Shown one piece after another: positions 58,488 to 64,000 of a stretch of DNA of 64,000 nucleotides. A model generated the notes under the pieces. The model was not told the DNA's origin and did no database searches. It worked only from the letters and a program-made list of their open reading frames with translations. Within the stretch, counting starts at the first letter, position 1, and every line of letters starts with the position of its first letter. Source of the stretch: an uncultured Rhodospirillaceae bacterium (GTDB lineage Bacteria; Pseudomonadota; Alphaproteobacteria; UBA9219); the NCBI GenBank assembly GCA_964453225.1, contig CAYVNS010000004.1:63640-127639 (forward strand), given 5' to 3'. The position numbers and the translations under genes are program-made.

Positions 58488-59486
58488 ATGAGTGTCATAT
58501 CCGCCGAAACGGCCTGTTCGCTGAAACACACGGCGTCGATTTACGAGCGCGTGAAAAGCGTCATCCCCGAAATGGAATGGGCGGTTTACGCCGGCGATGT
58601 CGAGGCCATTCTGCGCCTGAAGAAAGAGCGCAACGCCGTCATCCTCGCGCACAATTACATGCGGCCCGAAATTTTTCACGGCGTCGCGGATATTCAGGGG
58701 GATTCCCTCGCGCTGGCGCGCCAGGCGGCGGAAGCGAAGGCCGATGTCATCCTTGTGGCGGGCGTGCACTTCATGGCCGAAACCGCCAAGCTTCTCAATC
58801 CCTCGCGCACGGTTCTCATTCCCGATTTGAAAGCCGGGTGTTCGCTCGCGGAATCCATCGGGGCCGAGGACGTCCGCGTCCTGCGCCAAAAGCACCCGGG
58901 CGTTCCCGTCATCACCTATGTCAATACCTCGGCCGCCGTGAAAGCCGAAGCCGACATTTGCTGCACGTCGGGCAACGCGAAGAAGATCGTCGAGTCCTTG
59001 GGCGTTCCAGAAGTCATCATGCTGCCCGACGAGTATCTTGCGCAAAACGTGGCGAAAGACACGAACGTCAAAATCATCTCTTGGAAAGGGCGCTGCGAAG
59101 TGCACGAACGCTTTTCGGGGCGCGATATCGCCCTCTTCCGCCAGCAAACGCCCGGCATTAAGATACTGGCGCATCCCGAATGCGCGCCCGAGGTCGTGGC
59201 CGAAGCCGATTACGCGGGTTCGACGGCGGGCATGATCGACTGGGTGGATGCGCACAAGCCCGCAAGCGCGGTGCTTCTCACGGACGGCTCGATGAGCGAC
59301 AACGTCGCCGTCAGCCGGCCGCAAACGACCTTCGTTCGCCCCTGCCAGCTTTGCCCCCACATGCAGCGCATAACATTGGCGAACATCCGCAGCGCGCTTG
59401 AAAGGATGGAACACAAAGTCCATGTTCCCGCCGCCATCGCGCAAGGCGCGCGCCGCGCTGTCGAGCGCATGATCGCCGTGAGATGA
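58488..59486 (+). CDS. nadA: Quinolinate synthase NadA
   Basis: ILAHNYMRPEI...GDSL...HFMAETAK...YVNTSA..KA..D.CCTS...HPEC are NadA motifs. The internal ATG at 58488 is preferred. Confidence 0.9.
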   Translation: MSVISAETACSLKHTASIYERVKSVIPEMEWAVYAGDVEAILRLKKERNAVILAHNYMRPEIFHGVADIQGDSLALARQAAEAKADVILVAGVHFMAETAKLLNPSRTVLIPDLKAGCSLAESIGAEDVRVLRQKHPGVPVITYVNTSAAVKAEADICCTSGNAKKIVESLGVPEVIMLPDEYLAQNVAKDTNVKIISWKGRCEVHERFSGRDIALFRQQTPGIKILAHPECAPEVVAEADYAGSTAGMIDWVDAHKPASAVLLTDGSMSDNVAVSRPQTTFVRPCQLCPHMQRITLANIRSALERMEHKVHVPAAIAQGARRAVERMIAVR

Positions 59487-59505
59487 TAAAGTTATCAAAT
59501 AATAT

Positions 59506-59584
59506 CGTCATGCCCGCGAAGGCGGGCATCCATCTTTTTCCTGATTTTTATTATAGATGGATCCCCGCTTTCGCGGGGATGACG
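59506..59584. repeat. Paired GC-hairpin repeat element between nadA and nadB
   Basis: cgtcatgcccgcgaaggcgggcatcc ... ggatccccgctttcgcggggatgacg. Confidence 0.8.
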
Positions 59585-59622
59585 CTCATTTCGAAGTGCT
59601 CCTCATTTGAACAGAGGCCGCG

Positions 59623-61116
59623 ATGAAGCCAATCATCATCGGCGCGGGCCTCGCGGGCCTTTCAACGGCGCTGGAGCTATCCCCCCTTCCCGTCACGCTT
59701 GTCTCCCCCTCTCCTCTTGGCGAAGCGTGCAGCAGCGCCTTGGCTCAAGGCGGCATCGCAGCCGCCGTGGCTAAAGACGACAAGCCCGAACTCCACGCCC
59801 GCGACACGCAGCAAGCGGGCCACGGCTTGAACGACGCGAAGATCGTCGGCCAAGTGACCGCGGAAGGCCCCCGCATTATCGAAAAGCTGGAAAAGCTGGG
59901 CGTGGTTTTCGATCGCGATACGAAAGGCGCTTTGAATCTCAGGCTCGAAGCCGCGCACGGCAAGCGCCGGATCGTGCATGTCAAGGACGGAACGGGCAAA
60001 GCGATCATGAAAAGCCTTGTCAAGGCCGTCCGCGCCGCGCCGTCGATAACCATCATCGAAAACGCCGAGGCGCAACACCTCCTAACAAAGGACGGCGCCA
60101 TCGCGGGCGCGGTCTTTCGCAAAAACGGCGCCCCGGTTTCCCTGCACACAAATCATGTCGTCCTCGCCACGGGCGGCTGCGCCGCGCTTTGGCGCGATAC
60201 GACCGTGCCGCTTCAAAACTGGGGCAAGGGATTGGCGCTTGCGGCCCGCGCGGGCGCGACGCTCGGCGATATGGAATTCATGCAATTCCACCCTACGGCC
60301 ATCGATATCGGACGCGACCCCCTGCCTCTCGCCACCGAATCCCTGCGCGGCGAAGGCGCTTTGCTGCTGAACGAAAAAGGCGAACGCTTTGTCAATGAGA
60401 TGCAGCCCCGCGATGTCGTCGCGCGCGCCGTCTTCGATCAAATACGCAAAGGGCAAAATGTCTTTCTCGACGCGCGCGCGGCGGGCGGCAAGAATTTTGC
60501 GAAGCGTTTTCCGACCATCTACGGGCTTTGCCTTGCGGGCGGCATCGATCCGACGCGCGACCTTATCCCCGTTCGCCCGGCGGCGCATTTTCATATGGGC
60601 GGCATTCTGACAAACGAGAACGGGCGCACGGATATCGAAGGCCTCTGGGCCTGCGGGGAGGTTGCCGCCACAGGGCTTCACGGCGCGAACCGCTTGGCCA
60701 GCAATTCCCTGCTGGAGGCTGCGTGCTTCGGCTTCCGCGCCGCGAGGGACATCAAGTCCCTGCTCGGCAAAAAACGAACCGCGTCTAACGTCGCGCCGCC
60801 GCCGCCCCTGCCGGAACTAACCGAGGAAGAGAAAACATCAGTCCGCGCCGTCATGTCCGCCAAGGTCGGCGTGATCCGCGATAAACAAGGCTTATCCGAA
60901 GCTCTTTCAACACTTGCGCCGCTGGCTCGCAAATCGGATATGGCCCTTGTCGGCTTTATGATCGCCATGAACGCGCTGAACCGGAAGGAAAGCCGCGGCG
61001 CGCACTTCCGCAGCGACTACCCGCACACGGAATTGAAGGGCCGGCGCTCGACCTTCCGCCTCGCCGATGCTGCGTCAGGAAATTACAATGACGCAATTCA
61101 AATTAATAAAAACTAA
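59623..61116 (+). CDS. nadB: L-aspartate oxidase NadB
   Basis: IIIGAGLAGLS (FAD), AQGGIAA, HPTA, GLWACGEVAATGLHGANRLASNSLLE and ESRGAHFRSDYP. Confidence 0.9.
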   Translation: MKPIIIGAGLAGLSTALELSPLPVTLVSPSPLGEACSSALAQGGIAAAVAKDDKPELHARDTQQAGHGLNDAKIVGQVTAEGPRIIEKLEKLGVVFDRDTKGALNLRLEAAHGKRRIVHVKDGTGKAIMKSLVKAVRAAPSITIIENAEAQHLLTKDGAIAGAVFRKNGAPVSLHTNHVVLATGGCAALWRDTTVPLQNWGKGLALAARAGATLGDMEFMQFHPTAIDIGRDPLPLATESLRGEGALLLNEKGERFVNEMQPRDVVARAVFDQIRKGQNVFLDARAAGGKNFAKRFPTIYGLCLAGGIDPTRDLIPVRPAAHFHMGGILTNENGRTDIEGLWACGEVAATGLHGANRLASNSLLEAACFGFRAARDIKSLLGKKRTASNVAPPPPLPELTEEEKTSVRAVMSAKVGVIRDKQGLSEALSTLAPLARKSDMALVGFMIAMNALNRKESRGAHFRSDYPHTELKGRRSTFRLADAASGNYNDAIQINKN

Positions 61117-61118
61117 AT

Positions 61119-61208
61119 GGGACCCCCGCCTACGCGGGGGTGACGGTAGATGATTAAAGACGAATTTAATAATATGAATGATCGTCATGCCCGCGAAGGC
61201 GGGCATCC
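61119..61208. repeat. Two GC-hairpin repeat units between nadB and nadC
   Basis: gggacccccgcctacgcgggggtgacgg and cgtcatgcccgcgaaggcgggcatcc. Confidence 0.75.
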
Positions 61209-61262
61209 CATTTCCTTATTTCTCTTTTTCATATCCTTTTTATCCGTCAAAGGAGAATCCCC

Positions 61263-62123
61263 ATGTCCCTGACTCCCCTGCCCGATCTTCTCTTGCGCCC
61301 GCTTGTCGAGGCCGCCCTTCGCGAAGATCACGGCGACGCCGGCGATATAACGACCAGCGCGGTCGTCTCCGAAGGCGCGAAAGGCTGCGCCATGATCAAG
61401 GCGCGTATGGGCGGCATCCTTGCGGGAATGGATTTAGCGCGGCTCGCGTTTCAAACGCTCGATCCCGCCGTTCGCTTCACGCCGCTCAAGCTCGACGGCG
61501 AACCCGTTTTCGAGGAGGATTGCCTCGCCAAGGTCGAAGGCCCGGCGCGGGCGTTGCTATCAGCCGAGCGCGTGGCGCTTAATTACCTGTCGCATCTCAG
61601 CGGGATCGCGACGGAAACGCATAAGCTGGTCGACGCCGTGCGCGACTTTTCAACCCGCATTAGCTGCACGCGCAAAACGACGCCCGGCCTGCGCCTGCTT
61701 GAAAAATACGCCGTGCGATGCGGCGGCGGCATCAATCACCGCTTCGGGCTTTATGACGCCATCCTCATCAAGGACAACCATATCGCGCTCGCGGGCGGCA
61801 TTCGCGCCGCGCTGCAAGGGGCCTCTCAAGCGGCGGGGCATCTCGTGAAGGTCGAGATCGAAATCGATACGTTGGCGCAGCTCGACGAGGCCATCGCGGC
61901 CCATGACGACTTCCCCTTCGATGCCGTTCTGCTCGATAACATGTCGCCGCCCACGCTGAAGCAAGCGGTCGATAAAGCGGCTGGAAAATTCATAACCGAA
62001 GCTTCGGGCGGCGTGACCCTCAAAACAGTGGCGGGCATAGCGGCCTCCGGCGTGAACCTGATCTCGGTCGGCTGGATCACCCACAGCGCCCCGACCCTCG
62101 ATATCGGGCTGGATATGAATTAG
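61263..62123 (+). CDS. nadC: Nicotinate-nucleotide diphosphorylase (carboxylating) NadC
   Basis: EDHGDAGDITT, ERVALNYLSHLSGIAT, TRKTTPGLR, KYAVRCGGGINHRFGLYD and LDNM. Confidence 0.9.
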   Translation: MSLTPLPDLLLRPLVEAALREDHGDAGDITTSAVVSEGAKGCAMIKARMGGILAGMDLARLAFQTLDPAVRFTPLKLDGEPVFEEDCLAKVEGPARALLSAERVALNYLSHLSGIATETHKLVDAVRDFSTRISCTRKTTPGLRLLEKYAVRCGGGINHRFGLYDAILIKDNHIALAGGIRAALQGASQAAGHLVKVEIEIDTLAQLDEAIAAHDDFPFDAVLLDNMSPPTLKQAVDKAAGKFITEASGGVTLKTVAGIAASGVNLISVGWITHSAPTLDIGLDMN

Positions 62124-62180
62124 GGCTAGGGGCTAGGGGCTAGGGGTTCGGAAGATTCATTCCCTGGCCCCTAGCCCCTG
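62122..62180. repeat. Tandem GGGCTAG heptamers (x3) plus the inverted partner downstream of nadC
   Basis: agggctaggggctaggggctaggggttcg ... ggcccctagcccctg can form a hairpin. Confidence 0.75.
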
Positions 62181-62238
62181 ACAAACAGAAAACATTTGTG
62201 TTATCAATCATCCTTCTGGACTCCAGCTTGATTCTCTC

Positions 62239-63087
62239 ATGCGAAAACGTAAATCCCCTCTGCGCGGAAGCATTACGCAAAATGTGGCCACGCGCGTGCG
62301 CGCCGCCCAGCGGGAAGGCATAGGCTTTCTGGCGCGTCTGGGATTCCTGATCGTTTTCGTATCGGCCGTGTTGATCGTCGGAATTGTCGGATGGCACTCC
62401 GGCTGGCCGGCCCGCAAGGCGCAGCAGCTTAAAGAGGCCTCCCTTGAATTGACGCGAATGGCGCATTTCGAAGTCAAGGACATCGTCGTGAAGGGCCGCC
62501 GCCAATCGAGCAAGGAGGAAATATTTGACGCTTTGGGCGCGGGGCCAGGCACGCCGATCTTCGCCGTCGATATGGCCGAAGCGGTGGAACGGCTTGGGCG
62601 CTTGCCGTGGACCTCTTCCGTCATCGTCGAACGCCGGCTTCCCGATACGCTTGTCGTTTTTCTTACCGAGCGCGTGCCGCTGGCGCGCTGGCAGCAGAAC
62701 GACCGCTTTTTCGTCATCGATACGGAAGGCCAAGTGCTCACAACGGCGCGGGCCGAAGATTTTGCCGAGCTTCCGCTTGTCGTCGGCAGCGGCGCGGAGC
62801 GCGACGCGCGTCATCTGCTCGAACTTCTTGCCTTCTATCCCGCCATCAAGGAAAAGGTGACGGCGGCGGTGCGCGTGGGGCAGCGGCGATGGGATTTGCA
62901 CCTTTCCCCGAAAATTGTCGTGCGCCTGCCGGAGGAAAACCCGGGCAAAGCGTTGCGCCGCCTGCTCTCGCTTATGACGGATGAAAAGATTTTGAACCGC
63001 GATATCGTCGCGATCGATTTGCGCATCGAAGGCCGCCTCGCCATCGAACCGGCCCCGGGCGTGAAAGCTGGAGAAGTTAAAAAATGA
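62239..63087 (+). CDS. ftsQ: Cell division protein FtsQ
   Basis: An N-terminal TM anchor is followed by the POTRA region (VKDIVVKGRRQSSKEEI). The pattern RWDL.L...I.VRLPE is present. The gene is upstream of and overlapping ftsA. Confidence 0.85.
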   Translation: MRKRKSPLRGSITQNVATRVRAAQREGIGFLARLGFLIVFVSAVLIVGIVGWHSGWPARKAQQLKEASLELTRMAHFEVKDIVVKGRRQSSKEEIFDALGAGPGTPIFAVDMAEAVERLGRLPWTSSVIVERRLPDTLVVFLTERVPLARWQQNDRFFVIDTEGQVLTTARAEDFAELPLVVGSGAERDARHLLELLAFYPAIKEKVTAAVRVGQRRWDLHLSPKIVVRLPEENPGKALRRLLSLMTDEKILNRDIVAIDLRIEGRLAIEPAPGVKAGEVKK

Positions 63088-64000
63088 AATTCCTAAAGAA
63101 ATGGCTTTTTGCGGAACCTCATGTGTCAAGCGGCGAGATATTCGGCGCCCTTGATATCGGATCGAGCAAAATCGCGTGCCTCATCGCGCGCTCGGAAAAC
63201 GATGGCCCGCCGCGGATCGCGGGCATCGGGCACCAGTTGTCGGAAGGCATGAAGAACGGCAGCGTGTCGAACATGGAGGCCCTTCAATACGCCATCGGCC
63301 AAGCCATCTCGGCGGCCGAGCAAATGGCCGGGGAAACCCTGCAACGCGTGACGGTGAATTTTTCCGGCGCGCAGCTCGTTTCGCAAACCGTGGACATCGA
63401 ATTGCCTCTGAACGGGCGCGAGGTGAACGACAACGATATCGCCCGCATTATGGCGCAGGGCCAGGCCATGGCGCCGGAAGACCAGCACGGCCATCCGCTG
63501 GAGCTTTTGCACGCCATTCCCTTTAGCTATGCGCTCGACGCGCAAAAGGGCATCCGCGATCCCATGGGCATGACGGGCAACGTGCTTTTTGCGCAAATGC
63601 ACCTGATCGCCGCGGGTTTCGGCCCCATCCGCACGCTCGCCACCGCCATCGCGCGCTGCCATTTGGATGTAGAGCAAGTCGTGGCGGCCCCGTACGCCAG
63701 CGGCCTCGCCTGCCTTGTCGAGGATGAAATGGATCTCGGCAGCCTGATCGTCGATATGGGTGCGGGCACGACCAGTTTTGCGGTTTTCGTTGACGGCAAC
63801 ATCGTCTTCGCCAGCGGCATCGCGATGGGCGGCGCGCACGTGACAAGCGATATCGCGCGCGGCCTCACGACTTCGCTAACCCATGCCGAGAGACTGAAAA
63901 CCCTTTACGGCAACGCCATCCAAAGCCCGATGGACGAGCGCGAAAATATCGACGTCCCGCTTGTCGGCGAGGAGGAAGAACCCGAAAACGCCAATCATAT
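63084..64000 (+). CDS. ftsA: Cell division protein FtsA (N-terminal ~305 codons; continues beyond the window)
   Basis: The ATG at 63084 overlaps the ftsQ stop. The translation contains ALDIGSSKIACLIA, GMKNGSV.N, VDMGAGTTSFAVF and GGAHVTSDIA. It is absent from the ORF track because no stop occurs in the window. Confidence 0.9.
   Translation, partial: MKFLKKWLFAEPHVSSGEIFGALDIGSSKIACLIARSENDGPPRIAGIGHQLSEGMKNGSVSNMEALQYAIGQAISAAEQMAGETLQRVTVNFSGAQLVSQTVDIELPLNGREVNDNDIARIMAQGQAMAPEDQHGHPLELLHAIPFSYALDAQKGIRDPMGMTGNVLFAQMHLIAAGFGPIRTLATAIARCHLDVEQVVAAPYASGLACLVEDEMDLGSLIVDMGAGTTSFAVFVDGNIVFASGIAMGGAHVTSDIARGLTTSLTHAERLKTLYGNAIQSPMDERENIDVPLVGEEEEPENANH

Noticed and set aside
58440-59498. 352-aa minus-strand ORF
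   Set aside because: It is antisense to nadA.
62140-63839. ORFs 62140..63129 (-) and 63126..63839 (-)
   Set aside because: They are antisense to ftsQ and ftsA respectively. The real ftsA is not in the ORF track only because it has no stop within the window.

Overview
The window looks like a chromosomal segment of a diderm, flagellated, Alphaproteobacteria-like organism. This is supported by bamD, lpxC, flgEKL, a NadQ-type nad regulator and alpha-type gene neighbourhoods. GC looks like roughly 55-60% by eye and was not computed. Coding density is high and most content is housekeeping: pdxST, trpS, degP/htrA, obgE-rpmA-rplU, tig, recN-bamD-lpxC, nadQ-nadABC, ftsQA, clpS and three tRNAs. Several things stand out against this background. 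(1) Two tandem methyl-accepting chemoreceptor paralogues have an N-terminal cytoplasmic module that is a 3-hydroxyacyl-CoA-dehydrogenase-type NAD(H) Rossmann domain. The catalytic His/Glu positions are substituted. This module is followed by a membrane hairpin, HAMP and the MCP signalling domain (Aer-like topology). The two genes share a 729-bp perfectly identical block and sit co-directionally with ferredoxin, ferredoxin-NADP reductase and enoyl-CoA hydratase genes. I consider this the best candidate for an undescribed sensory system. (2) A ku-ligD NHEJ locus has been collapsed by an internal deletion. (3) tRNA-Arg and tRNA-Gly are flanked by partial copies of themselves (att-like scars) with no integrase present. 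(4) There are three dispersed repeat families: a ~26-nt GC hairpin often paired into ~75-nt elements, a 124-158-bp long-palindrome MITE-like element, and G-rich GGGCTAG heptamer arrays at gene 3' ends. (5) A Fic-type 'mobile mystery protein A/B' pair sits where clpA normally follows clpS. (6) An SDR oxidoreductase carries a Tat signal. (7) A sigma54 promoter lies upstream of flgE, and a TPR-GT9 protein plus a methyltransferase-like protein follow flgL. (8) A block of orphan genes lies at about 12.7-18.5 kb. All calls come from reading the sequence and the ORF translations; no database search or computation was run.
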